64,000 nucleotides of DNA from an uncultured Chloroflexia bacterium (GCA_963828165.1 CAWHDR010000001.1:352001-416000), one strand, 5' to 3'. Counted from the stretch's first letter, positions 1 through 8,966 are shown. The notes: a model not told the origin generated them from the letters alone. Made by a program: numbers and translations.

Positions 1-273
1 ATGTGGCGTCCTCGAGGAGTTGATCGGCGGCATCCCGCCTCGACTCGAATGCTCGGTCCAGCGCCGATGCGGCGATACCGCGGCGAGGCTCCGGCGCATC
101 ACGCGCGCATGACAACCCCGAGTCTGCGAGCCGCCTGAAACTTCTGACCGGTGCGCCGCGACACCAACGTGGCCATCGCCCCCCTAGGGTCAAGCCGTCG
201 GTTGGCACTCACCGGCCGGTTCGCCACCCCGCGCGCGGTGGCCGCCGTGATCGATCTCCAGGAGGTACTTCCC

Positions 274-450
274 ATGTGGACGCGCTTGCTCCTTGCCCTG
301 GCCCTCGGGGCCGCCCTCATCGCGTGCACGCCCGCGGGCGGGTCCAGCCCGGCCGCGACCGTCGAGCCGAGCGTCGCCGCGCCGAGCGTCGCCGCTCCGA
401 GCGACGCGGCCCCGATGCCGAGCGACTCGGCGGCGCCGACGGCGTCCTGA
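274..450 (+). CDS. Small Pro/Ala/Ser-rich lipoprotein
   Basis: AGGAGG RBS at 260-265 before ATG 274; hydrophobic signal ending in lipobox LIAC; PSVAA repeats; followed by a strong hairpin. Confidence 0.7.
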   Translation: MWTRLLLALALGAALIACTPAGGSSPAATVEPSVAAPSVAAPSDAAPMPSDSAAPTAS

Positions 451-471
451 TCTGTCCGATCGTCGCGATCC

Positions 472-505
472 AGACGCCGGGTCCCGTTCGCGGGACCCGG
501 CGTCT
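472..505 (+). terminator. Intrinsic terminator-like hairpin
   Basis: Perfect 15-bp stem AGACGCCGGGTCCCG-TTCG-CGGGACCCGGCGTCT just after the stop at 450; weak U-tract. Confidence 0.65.
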
Positions 506-646
506 TCATGCCGTTGTTATGTACGCGCGGTCCGTCGTAGTCCGCGCGCCGCGCGGCGAGCGCGAGAGTGACGACCAGCCCCGACGTTGGGGGCGAACGA
601 ACCCCAGCAGGCGGGTGAGAGGCCCGCATGGGGATGGAGGTATCGA

Positions 647-928
647 ATGAGCATCATCGCGTGGATCGTCCTCGGCGCCATCGCCGGGTACCTGGCCGGC
701 TTCCTTGTCAAGGGTGACGAGGGTCTCGGCATCATCGGCCACATCGTGCTCGGCATCGTCGGCGCGCTCGTCGGCGGCTTCCTTGCCGGTGTCATCTTCA
801 ACACGGATCCGATCGACGGCGCGTTGGACATCAGCTCGATCGTCGTCGCGACCATCGGTGCCGTGATCACGGTCCTCGTGGTCGGCGCGGTGACGGGTCG
901 CTCGCGAGTGGGTCGCGGCCCCGTCTGA
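647..928 (+). CDS. GlsB/YeaQ/YmgE family (transglycosylase-associated) stress membrane protein
   Basis: GGAGG RBS; MSIIAWIVLGAIAGYLA...IVLGIVGALVGGFL...IVVATIGAV is the typical family pattern. Confidence 0.9.
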   Translation: MSIIAWIVLGAIAGYLAGFLVKGDEGLGIIGHIVLGIVGALVGGFLAGVIFNTDPIDGALDISSIVVATIGAVITVLVVGAVTGRSRVGRGPV

Positions 929-971
929 TCAACACCCGGGTCGAAACCCGGACCCATCTCAGCACGCGAAC

Positions 972-997
972 AGGCCCACCCGAGCGGTGGGCCTTTT
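972..997 (+). terminator. Intrinsic terminator hairpin
   Basis: AGGCCCACC-CGAGC-GGTGGGCCT followed by a T run. Confidence 0.65.
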
Positions 998-1025
998 CGC
1001 ATCCAACGCTCAAGGAGGAGGCATC

Positions 1026-1493
1026 GTGTCCCAGATCATCGAGTCGATCGACGTCGACGTCCCGGTCCGCGTCGCGTACGACCAATGGACCCAGTTCGAG
1101 GAGTTCCCGCAGTTCATGGAGGCCGTCGAGAAGGTCGAGCAGCTCGACGACACGACCCTTCGGTGGACCGCCGAGATCGCCGGCGTCAGCAAGACCTGGA
1201 AGGCCAGGATCACTGAGCAGACGCCTGACCAACGGATCGCCTGGACGTCCGTCGAGGGAGCCCAGAACGCTGGCGTCGTGACGTTCCATCGCCTTGACGA
1301 CCGCAGGGCGCGGGTGACCCTGCAGCTCGATGTCGAGCCCGAGGGTCCCGTCGAATCGGTCGGGGATGCACTCGGCATCGTCGGGCGGGGGGCGAAGGAC
1401 GACCTCAAGCGCTTCAAGGAGTTCGTGGAAAGCCGTGGCGTCGCGACCGGCGCGTGGCGCGGGGAAGTGCACCAGGAGGACGTCACCGGCTGA
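1026..1493 (+). CDS. SRPBCC family (polyketide cyclase/dehydrase-like) protein
   Basis: AAGGAGGAGG RBS before GTG 1026; ESIDVDVPVRVAYDQWTQFEEFPQFM...DLKRFKEFVESRG..TGAWRGEV signature. Confidence 0.9.
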   Translation: MSQIIESIDVDVPVRVAYDQWTQFEEFPQFMEAVEKVEQLDDTTLRWTAEIAGVSKTWKARITEQTPDQRIAWTSVEGAQNAGVVTFHRLDDRRARVTLQLDVEPEGPVESVGDALGIVGRGAKDDLKRFKEFVESRGVATGAWRGEVHQEDVTG

Positions 1494-1922
1494 TTCGCCG
1501 TCCCCCGGACGGGTGCCGGGGATCAGCGGGCGGAGCCGTGACGTTAGTGCAACGCAGCGGGTCTGCGGACATGGGCGACCGTGACGCATCGGGCCCAACA
1601 CTGGCGACGTGGCTCCCGTGCCACTGGGGGTCCGGGAGCCACCTGATCACCTGTTATGGCGATGCAATGTCCCATCCGGCTGACGTGACGATCGCGTGGC
1701 CGCCGGGACCCTACCTTGAGGGTCAATAGCGGCCGGAGCCGTTTCAAAAGCTTCACCGCAGAGATGGATATCCCCAACCGGGAGCGCTTGTGACGGGGCG
1801 TTCTCGGACCGCACGGACGGCCCGGGTCCCCTCCCCGAGCCGTCCGTCGCCATTTCCCGTCGCATCGCCCGGTACGTATGCTTCGGGGCCGACCTGGCCA
1901 CACATCCAAAGGAGTCCGAGCC

Positions 1923-2306
1923 ATGGCCACCACACCGCGATCGACGCAGACCGAAGAAACAGCCGCTCAGGAGGCCAAGGAAGCCGCGCAGCAGGCCAAG
2001 GAAGCGGTGCGCGACGCCGCCGACACGGTCCGCGGCGTGGCCAATGAGGCCGTAGCCCGCTTTCCTGAGGCCGCCGCCACCACCCGCGAGGCGATCACGG
2101 ACGCCCGCCGCGCGATCGACTCCGGCTCGGATGAGACGCTGTCGGCCGGCACCCTCGTGGCATTCGGTTTCGCCCTGGGCCTCCTCGTCGGTGGCGCGAA
2201 TCGCCTGCTCGTGATGCTGGCGCTCGTGCCGGCCGCAGCGATGGGCCTCACCCTGCTGGACCGCCAGAGCGACCGGCCCGGATCGAAGCCCAGCACGACG
2301 CGCTGA
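1923..2306 (+). CDS. Hypothetical tail-anchored protein (hydrophilic helical N-terminus, C-terminal TM hairpin; ElaB/YqjD-like architecture)
   Basis: AAGGAG RBS; Ala/Glu/Gln-rich helix followed by two hydrophobic segments. Confidence 0.7.
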   Translation: MATTPRSTQTEETAAQEAKEAAQQAKEAVRDAADTVRGVANEAVARFPEAAATTREAITDARRAIDSGSDETLSAGTLVAFGFALGLLVGGANRLLVMLALVPAAAMGLTLLDRQSDRPGSKPSTTR

Positions 2307-2345
2307 CGCCACGGAGCGGACTCCGGGCGAACGCGGCCCCCGTGC

Positions 2346-2361
2346 TGCAACGTCCCCGCAA
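2346..2361 (+). promoter_or_regulatory. Putative OmpR-type direct-repeat operator
   Basis: TGCAA-cgtccc-CGCAA, 11-bp period, starting 114 bp upstream of ATG 2460. Confidence 0.4.
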
Positions 2362-2459
2362 TCGGACCGCCGTCCTCGACGGGTATCGCGATACGCGGCG
2401 GGGACTAGGTTCTCGGTACGGCGCAACCAGCGCCACTACCGTGAAGGAGTCCGACCATC

Positions 2460-2792
2460 ATGGATGACGTCAAGAAGGGCTATCGAGACGCAGAGACGGA
2501 CGCCAAGCAGACGTGGCGCAAGGCTGACGGCGAATCCCTCAGCGACAAGGTCGCGAACGCGGGCGACGAGATGCGCGAGCAGCTTGGCAATGCAGGCGAC
2601 GAGGTCCGTGACGTCGCGGACGACAGCACCCAGGACATGAAGCGCGAGTATCGCGACACGCAGAACGACGCCAAGGCTTCTTATCGGAAGTCCGACGGCG
2701 ACGAATCCCTCGCCGACCACGCCGGCAATGTCGGCGACGAGATCCGCGAGCAGGCCGGCAACGTGGGTGACGAGCTCCGCGGCGACCGCTGA
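2460..2792 (+). CDS. Hydrophilic LEA/CsbD-like repeat protein
   Basis: AAGGAG RBS; two duplicated ~55-aa halves with 11-aa GN(A/V)GDE(M/V/I/L)R repeats; terminator hairpin follows. Confidence 0.8.
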   Translation: MDDVKKGYRDAETDAKQTWRKADGESLSDKVANAGDEMREQLGNAGDEVRDVADDSTQDMKREYRDTQNDAKASYRKSDGDESLADHAGNVGDEIREQAGNVGDELRGDR

Positions 2793-2818
2793 CGGCTATC
2801 TCCCTACCGTCGCATCCA

Positions 2819-2846
2819 AGGCCCCGGCGACCCCCGCCGGGGCCTC
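2819..2846 (+). terminator. Terminator-like hairpin
   Basis: AGGCCCCGGCG-accc-CGCCGGGGCCT stem downstream of 2792. Confidence 0.55.
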
Positions 2847-2952
2847 CTCATGTGCGACACGGAGCGAGTGATCGCACACGTGAGCGCGGCGCGCGGCGTA
2901 TCCTCGGCCTTCGCGCGGGGGGGTGAAGCCGGAGAAGGTGGGAGGGCGCGGC

Positions 2953-4161
2953 ATGTCCGAGTCCGATGACGCCGCAGCCGACATCGATCAGCGCATCGAG
3001 GGGGTCGTCGACGACGCCGATCTGGGCCCCATCGCGGAGGCACTCGCGCGCCGCCGGGGCGAGATCCTCGCGGCCTGGCTGCAGGCAGCACTGGAGCAGC
3101 CGTTCCACGCCGACAATCCGAGCGCCTCCGTCGCCGATCACATCCCCGTGCTGCTCGACAACATCATCGGCGTTCTGCGGACCTCGACCTACCGCAACGA
3201 CCTCCAGCCGCCGATGGACGACCCCGCGGTGATCGACGCGGCCAAGGCGCACGCGCAGATGCGCTTCGACCAGGGTCTCGGGCCGGTCGCGATCGTGACC
3301 GAGTTCCGTTTGCTCCGCCACGAGATCGGGCGGGCACTCATCGCCTCCGTCCAGGACGCCCGGGGGCCGGACCTTCTGGCGGGCCAGGCCGTCATCGACG
3401 ATGCGCTGGACGGCGCCGCGACCGTCGGGCTGAACGCACTCTCGCATCGCGTCGAGAGCCTGCGCGAGGAATTCCTGGCGACGACGGTCCATGACATCCG
3501 CCAGCCGATCACGCTCGTGACAGGATCACTCGACCTTGCCGCCCGCTGGCTGGACGAGCCCGAATTCGACCGGGAGCGCATCTCGGAGGTCGTCAAGAGT
3601 GCCGTGGTCGCGGTCAACGAGATCAACATCATGCTCGACACCCTCGGCGACGCCTCGCGGCTGGCCATGGGCGCCCTGGAACCGGACCCCGAGCCGGCGA
3701 AACTCGACGCGATCGTGGTTGACGCACTCGCGCTCCTGGACGCCGAGACGCGTCGACAGATCGAGTTCGAGTCCTCGGCCCATCCGCTGGTCGGCCTCTG
3801 GGACCCGCATCTCCTCCGTCGCGTCGTATCGAACCTCATCAGCAACGCGCTGAAGTACTCGCCCGGCGACGGTCGTATCGAGATCCGGGCCGAGCGTGCT
3901 GCCAATGGGATCGGCCAGCTCACGGTCCGCGATCGCGGCATGGGTCTGACCACCGACGAAGCCAGGACCGTATTCGATCGCTTCGTGCGGGCCGACCGCG
4001 CTCGAGCACAGGGCATCCCCGGGCTCGGGCTCGGGCTCTATGCCTGCCGTGGCATCGTCGCGGCGCACGGCGGCACGCTCGTGCTCCTTTCGGACGGGCC
4101 GGGGACGGGCACCACGGTGGTCGTCGCCCTCCCCTTGATCGAGGACGACGGCGAAGGGTGA
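2953..4161 (+). CDS. Cytoplasmic sensor histidine kinase with RsbRD_N-like N-terminal domain
   Basis: H-box TVHDIRQPIT; N-box NLISNALKYS; G1 DRGMG; G2 GLGLGL; N-terminus with ILAAW...HAQMRFDQG...EFRLLR pattern; no TM segment. Confidence 0.9.
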   Translation: MSESDDAAADIDQRIEGVVDDADLGPIAEALARRRGEILAAWLQAALEQPFHADNPSASVADHIPVLLDNIIGVLRTSTYRNDLQPPMDDPAVIDAAKAHAQMRFDQGLGPVAIVTEFRLLRHEIGRALIASVQDARGPDLLAGQAVIDDALDGAATVGLNALSHRVESLREEFLATTVHDIRQPITLVTGSLDLAARWLDEPEFDRERISEVVKSAVVAVNEINIMLDTLGDASRLAMGALEPDPEPAKLDAIVVDALALLDAETRRQIEFESSAHPLVGLWDPHLLRRVVSNLISNALKYSPGDGRIEIRAERAANGIGQLTVRDRGMGLTTDEARTVFDRFVRADRARAQGIPGLGLGLYACRGIVAAHGGTLVLLSDGPGTGTTVVVALPLIEDDGEG

Positions 4162-4191
4162 CCGGGGGCCCAGACGGGAATTGCTCCCACG

Positions 4192-4207
4192 CGCAACACG
4201 CTCGCAA
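4192..4207 (+). promoter_or_regulatory. Putative OmpR-type direct-repeat operator
   Basis: CGCAA-cacgct-CGCAA, 11-bp period, upstream of the degenerate kinase. Confidence 0.35.
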
Positions 4208-4263
4208 GACAACCCCATCGACCCGCGACATCCGGGGGGCCCTCGGTGGCCGACTCTAGGAGC

Positions 4264-4998
4264 ATGCCGCAGTCCGACGTTGCCCGCGCTCCACTCCAGG
4301 CGACCGAGCGCGCCCGCGCGGCGGAGCACGAAGCGCTCTTGGGGGTCCTGGCACATGAGCTGCGCACCCCGATCACCACCATCTACGCGGGAAGCGCGGT
4401 CCTGGCGCGGGACGAGGACCTCCTGCCGGCCATGCGTCGCGAGCTCGCGTCTGACGTCTATCACGAGGCCGCCCGCCTGTTCCGGGCCGTCGAGGACCTC
4501 CTGGTCCTCACCCGCCTCGAGCATGACGCCGTCCGCGTGACGCGTGAGCCGATCTCCCTGATCCGTGCGGTCGACGCGGGGTCGCAGATCGAGGCGCCGC
4601 GCTGGCCCGGCTTGCAAATCATGCTTCGCCTCGATGGGACGCCGCCACCCGCCGCCGCCGATCCGGGCGCCCTGGCGCACGCGTTGCGCAATCTCATCGC
4701 CAATGTCGCCTGGCGCGCTGCCGGCGCCACGGACCTCGAGGTCGCCGTCAGTGGCGAGGACGAGCAGGTGTGCTGTCGACTGCTCGACCGGACGGGCACG
4801 CTCACGCTCGAGGATCGGGGCTCCTTGTTCGAGCTTCCGGCCGCCGACCCCGGGCCAGGATCCATCAGCCCCGGCATCGCGATGTATGTCGCCCGGCGGC
4901 TGATCGAGGCGATGCGTGGCCGGACGTGGGTGACAGATGGCGAGTCGGGAGCCGTGGAGATCGGCTTCTCGCTCCCCTGTTACGACTCCGCCGCCTGA
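4264..4998 (+). CDS. Sensor-less histidine kinase homolog with degenerate ATPase domain (possible phosphotransferase or pseudokinase)
   Basis: Intact H-box AHELRTPITTI; N-box NLIANVAWR; G1 reads DRTGT and G2 reads SPGIAMY, both lacking the canonical glycines; start could be 4246. Confidence 0.75.
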   Translation: MPQSDVARAPLQATERARAAEHEALLGVLAHELRTPITTIYAGSAVLARDEDLLPAMRRELASDVYHEAARLFRAVEDLLVLTRLEHDAVRVTREPISLIRAVDAGSQIEAPRWPGLQIMLRLDGTPPPAAADPGALAHALRNLIANVAWRAAGATDLEVAVSGEDEQVCCRLLDRTGTLTLEDRGSLFELPAADPGPGSISPGIAMYVARRLIEAMRGRTWVTDGESGAVEIGFSLPCYDSAA

Positions 4999-6254
4999 CC
5001 CGTCTTCTTCGCCTGACCCGTCTTCTTCGCCTGGCCCGTCTTCTTCGCCTGGCCCGTCTTCTTCGCCTGACCCGTCTTCTTCGCCTGACCTGAAGCCTTG
5101 GCCTGGGTCCGACCCGGGGCTTTGGCCCCACCCGACCGACTCCCACCGCGCGGGCGAGCGCCGGATCGCGCGGCGTCGTCCTCGAGCCGCTGGCGGAGCA
5201 GCGCTCGGACGGCCGACTCCTCCCGGGGGCTCGCGGCCGTAGGCGGCGTGGCCTGCTCCTCAGCCGCCTGCACCAGCGCCCCGCGGATCGAACCCTCAAG
5301 GTAGGCCTCGAGGACGGCGGGGTGGACGTAGCTGCCGCGCGCCACGGCCGGGGTGTTGCCCAGCTGGTCGGCGGTCTGCCGGATCGCCTCGACGACGTTC
5401 CGCTTCGCGCCACGCTCACCGTCGGCCGGTTGGAGCGCCCGGAGCGCGCGGTACGCCAGCACCGTCCCGGCCCACGTCCGAAAGTCCTTCGCGCTGAATT
5501 CGGCCCCGGCCGCTTCGCGGATATAGTCGTTGACGTCCTCTGAGCCGACGTCGCGGATCTCGCCATCGTCATCGACGTACTGGAAGAGCTCCTGGCCGGG
5601 CAGCTCCTGGCAGCGTCGGACCAAGCCCGCGAGTCGGCGGTCCCGAAGCCCGACCTCGTGGGTCTGTCCCGATTTCCCGCGGAACCGGAACCGGACCGAG
5701 CCACCCTTTACCGTCGCGTGCCGATCGCGCAAGGTCGTCAGCCCGAACGACCGGTTGAGCCGGGCGTATTCGTCGTTCCCGACGCGGATCAGCGTGAGCT
5801 CGAGCAGGCGGACAACGGTCGCCAGAACCTTTTCGCGCGACAGGCCCCGGGTGGCGAGGTCGTCGTCACAACGGCGCCGGATCCGCGGCAGGACCTCCGC
5901 GAAGGCCAGCATGCGATCGAACTTGTCGCTGCCGCGGCGCTGGTGCCAGTCCGCGTGATAGCGGTATTGCTTGCGGCCGCGCGCATCACGCCCCCGTGCC
6001 TGCAGGTGGCCATTCGGCCACGGGCAGATCCAGACGTCGGTCCAGGCGGGCGGGATCGCGAGCGCCCGGATCCGGGTAAGGATCTCCCGATCCCGGATCG
6101 TCCTGCCTTCGGCGTCGCGGTAGCTGAACCCTCGCCCCGAGCGGTGGCGGCTGATGCCAGGGCGTGCATCGGTCGCGTAGCGCAGGCCGGCGTCGCGGGC
6201 GACGGCACGGGCATCCGAGGCGGCATCGGCTTCGGCTGGGCTGCGGACGACCAT
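4980..6254 (-). CDS. DNA topoisomerase IB (bacterial, poxvirus-like) with lysine-rich C-terminal tail
   Basis: LAIPPAWTDVWICP, GRDARGRKQYRYH, IRVGNDEYA, FRGKSG, AKDFRTWAGT, LGNTPAVARGSYVHP (catalytic Tyr); start refined to ATG 6254. Confidence 0.95.
   Translation of the reverse strand: MVVRSPAEADAASDARAVARDAGLRYATDARPGISRHRSGRGFSYRDAEGRTIRDREILTRIRALAIPPAWTDVWICPWPNGHLQARGRDARGRKQYRYHADWHQRRGSDKFDRMLAFAEVLPRIRRRCDDDLATRGLSREKVLATVVRLLELTLIRVGNDEYARLNRSFGLTTLRDRHATVKGGSVRFRFRGKSGQTHEVGLRDRRLAGLVRRCQELPGQELFQYVDDDGEIRDVGSEDVNDYIREAAGAEFSAKDFRTWAGTVLAYRALRALQPADGERGAKRNVVEAIRQTADQLGNTPAVARGSYVHPAVLEAYLEGSIRGALVQAAEEQATPPTAASPREESAVRALLRQRLEDDAARSGARPRGGSRSGGAKAPGRTQAKASGQAKKTGQAKKTGQAKKTGQAKKTGQAKKTGQAAES
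4992..5090. repeat. 18-bp tandem repeat, 5.5 copies (CGCCTGRCCCGTCTTCTT), encoding (GQAKKT)n in TopIB
   Basis: Units start at 4992, 5010, 5028, 5046, 5064, partial at 5082. Confidence 0.95.
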
Positions 6255-6495
6255 CTGCGCACGATGGCGGGTGGCGCACGCGACGGCCATCACAACCGGC
6301 GGCCTCCACCCTCTCAGCGACGTGGCAAGCGCGTTCCGCGATATCGATGAAACTCCGGCGCGCACCTGCGTCGGCAGGCCGATACCCGGCGGTCCGGATA
6401 CTTCCGTTATCCCACCGCGCCCGTGGGGGGAGCGGCGGTGGGATGACCACCGGACGCGACAGCCCAGCCCGCCGACGAGCCCGAGGAGACCCCCA

Positions 6496-7515
6496 GTGTT
6501 GGATGCACCGCCTGCGAGACCCGGCGCGTCGGCGATCGCCGACGCGCTGCCGGATGCCCAGGCCGCCGTCGTCATCGACGACGTCACCAAGCGGTTCGGG
6601 GACGACACCGCGGTCGATGGGATCTCCCTGTCGGTTTCTGCCGGGACGATCCTTGGCATCATCGGTCCGTCCGGCTCCGGCAAGACGACCACCATCCGTC
6701 TGCTGACCGGTGCGCTGGCTCCGGACAACGGCCAGGTGCGCGTGCTGGGCGAGGACCCGCGCACCTTCCGGCGGCAGACACGAGAGCGGATCGGGTACAT
6801 GCCACAGCAGTTCACCCTGTACCCGGACCTGACGGCCCGCGAGAACGTCGATTTCGTGGCGTCGCTCTTCGGCATCCTGCTGCGGACCCGTCACCGTCGC
6901 ACCCGCGAGGTCCTCCAGCTCGTGGACCTGTGGGACGTCCGCGGTCGCCGCGCCGGCCGCCTGTCTGGTGGCATGCAGCGACGACTGGAGCTCGCCTCGG
7001 CCCTCGTCCACGATCCCGACCTGCTGTTTCTCGACGAGCCGACCGCCGGGATCGACCCCATCCTGCGAGGCACCGTCTGGGCAGAGCTCCATCGCTTGCG
7101 CGATGACGGTCGGACGCTCCTCGTGACCACCCAGTACGTCAACGAGGCCGAGGAGTGCGACACCGTCGCCCTGATCGCCGACGGCCGCCTCATCGCGCTG
7201 TCCCGTCCCGACGACCTGCGCCGCGAGGCGATGGGCGGGGATGCCGTCGAGATCGAACTCGGCAATGAGTTCGACAGCGCAAGGCTCTCGGCGTTGCCGC
7301 TCGTCCGGAGCGTCGAGCGCCGCGGAACGAATGGCCTGCGGGTGACCGTCGACGACGCCTCCACCGCACTCCCGGAGGTCGTCGAGGCGATCACCCAGAG
7401 TGGCGGCGACGTCACGTCGGCACATGAGGCCCGACAGTCGTTCGACGAGGTGTTCGCGATCCTCGTCCAGCGCGACCGCATGACCCGGGATCACCTTCCC
7501 GAGGAGGACGCCTGA
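6496..7515 (+). CDS. ABC-2 type exporter ATP-binding protein
   Basis: Walker [10 protein letters not shown], signature LSGGMQRR, Walker B LFLDEPT; GAGGAG RBS before GTG 6496. Confidence 0.93.
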   Translation: MLDAPPARPGASAIADALPDAQAAVVIDDVTKRFGDDTAVDGISLSVSAGTILGIIGPSGSGKTTTIRLLTGALAPDNGQVRVLGEDPRTFRRQTRERIGYMPQQFTLYPDLTARENVDFVASLFGILLRTRHRRTREVLQLVDLWDVRGRRAGRLSGGMQRRLELASALVHDPDLLFLDEPTAGIDPILRGTVWAELHRLRDDGRTLLVTTQYVNEAEECDTVALIADGRLIALSRPDDLRREAMGGDAVEIELGNEFDSARLSALPLVRSVERRGTNGLRVTVDDASTALPEVVEAITQSGGDVTSAHEARQSFDEVFAILVQRDRMTRDHLPEEDA

Positions 7516-8708
7516 TGCGGCCCGCGCTGGCGGTGATCGTCCGCCTGATGGCCTTCGTCGGCAAGGAGATCATCGAGACGCTGCGCCGACCGGGCGCCAT
7601 CCTCAGCCTGATCCTCGGTCCATTCCTGATCATGGCCGTCTTCGGCCTCGGCTACAGCGGCTTCAAGCGGCCACTCGAGACCGTGATCGTGGCCCCGCCG
7701 ACCAGCGGCCTACCCGCGGATATCGAGACGTACCAGGAGCTCGCCGGCGGCGGCCTGCACATCAGCGAGGTCACCGGGGATCGGACCGCGGCCGAGGCGC
7801 GCCTCCGCGGAGGCACGGCCGACGTGATCATCATCGCTCCCGAGGACCCGGACGAACAATTCCGGGCCGGCGAGCAGTCGGTCATCGAGGTCGTGGTCGA
7901 CGTGGTCGATCCGGTCGCCGAGAACTACGCGGGATTCCTCGCTGCGGGCCTCGCTTCGGCCGTCAACCGCGAGATCATCGAACGCGTGGCGGCGGAGGGC
8001 CAGGGCTATGCCGTCGCCGCCGGAGAGCCGGAGGCCAACGCCATCCCGCCCGATGTCATCGCGGCGCCGACTCGCGCGGAGATCCGAAACGTGTCGCCAT
8101 CCACGCCACACGTCATCTCCTACTTCGCCCCGGCCGTGCTCGCCCTGATCCTTCAGCACCTCGCCGTCACGCTGGTGGCGATGTCACTTGTGCGTGAGCG
8201 CACGAGCGGCGTCATCGAACTCTTCCGCATCGCCCCCGTCAGCGCGGCGGAGGTGCTCACCGGAAAGCTCCTGGCCTTCGGATTGATCGGCGGCGCCATC
8301 GCGAGCCTGACCGTCGCGCTGCTCGTGCTCGGGCTGGGCGTGCCGATGGTCGGGGCGGTCGGGTTCGTCGTGCTTGCGATCGCCCTGCTGCTCGTGGCGT
8401 CGATCGGCGTGGGGCTCTTGATCGCGGTGGTCTCTGATTCGGAGCGACAGGCCGTCCAGCTGTCCCTGCTCGTCCTGCTCGCGTCGGTCTTCTTCAGTGG
8501 CTTCGTCCTGCCGATCAGCGAGTTCAACGAGCCGGTGCGCGCGATCGCCTACACGCTCCCCGTGACCCATGGCATCCGGCTCCTCCAGGACCTGATGCTG
8601 CGCGGTGGGACCAATCAGGCGTGGGAGTTCCTGGCGCTCGGCGTCATCGCGATGGTGACCCTCGTGGCCGCCTGGATCCTGCTGCGGCGCGGGATGACTC
8701 GTGCTTGA
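7515..8708 (+). CDS. ABC-2 type exporter permease
   Basis: TGATG coupling to the ATPase; SLVRERTSG..E and FFSGF motifs; 6 TM plus extracellular loop. Confidence 0.92.
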   Translation: MRPALAVIVRLMAFVGKEIIETLRRPGAILSLILGPFLIMAVFGLGYSGFKRPLETVIVAPPTSGLPADIETYQELAGGGLHISEVTGDRTAAEARLRGGTADVIIIAPEDPDEQFRAGEQSVIEVVVDVVDPVAENYAGFLAAGLASAVNREIIERVAAEGQGYAVAAGEPEANAIPPDVIAAPTRAEIRNVSPSTPHVISYFAPAVLALILQHLAVTLVAMSLVRERTSGVIELFRIAPVSAAEVLTGKLLAFGLIGGAIASLTVALLVLGLGVPMVGAVGFVVLAIALLLVASIGVGLLIAVVSDSERQAVQLSLLVLLASVFFSGFVLPISEFNEPVRAIAYTLPVTHGIRLLQDLMLRGGTNQAWEFLALGVIAMVTLVAAWILLRRGMTRA

Positions 8709-8746
8709 CTATCACCTATCCAGATCCACGCATCGGAGGACCATCC

Positions 8747-8926
8747 GTGAACGATGAGCTGCGCCCCGTCCCGGGCGAGGACACCTACGAGACCGAGCGC
8801 GAGACCGACGTCACTCCGGAGCCCGAATCGCCCGCTGAGCCGGCAGAGGAGTCGAATCCTTGGCTCAAGGAGGGTGCGGACGCCCCGGACGCGGCCGACA
8901 TCGAGGAGCCCCAAGAGCAGCGCTGA
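8747..8926 (+). CDS. Small acidic, probably disordered protein (59 aa)
   Basis: GGAGGA RBS before GTG 8747; very E/D/P-rich. Confidence 0.6.
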   Translation: MNDELRPVPGEDTYETERETDVTPEPESPAEPAEESNPWLKEGADAPDAADIEEPQEQR

Positions 8927-8966
8927 ACGGCGAAGCGCCGCCGAACCAGACAGCGGCCGACCAGCG

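Noticed and set aside
95-110. CGCAT-N6-CGCAT as another member of the direct-repeat motif
   Set aside because: Deviates from YGCAA and could easily arise by chance in GC-rich DNA; not counted
2851-2878. TGTGCGA-N14-TCGCACA as a CRP/FNR site
   Set aside because: Half-site spacing does not fit TGTGA-N6-TCACA; may be a simple hairpin
4992-5090. 18-bp repeats as CRISPR or iterons
   Set aside because: Head-to-tail with no spacers, and in frame within TopIB
6255-6875. N-terminal 207-aa extension of the TopIB ORF
   Set aside because: Overlaps the divergent ABC ATPase gene; TopIB similarity begins near ATG 6254
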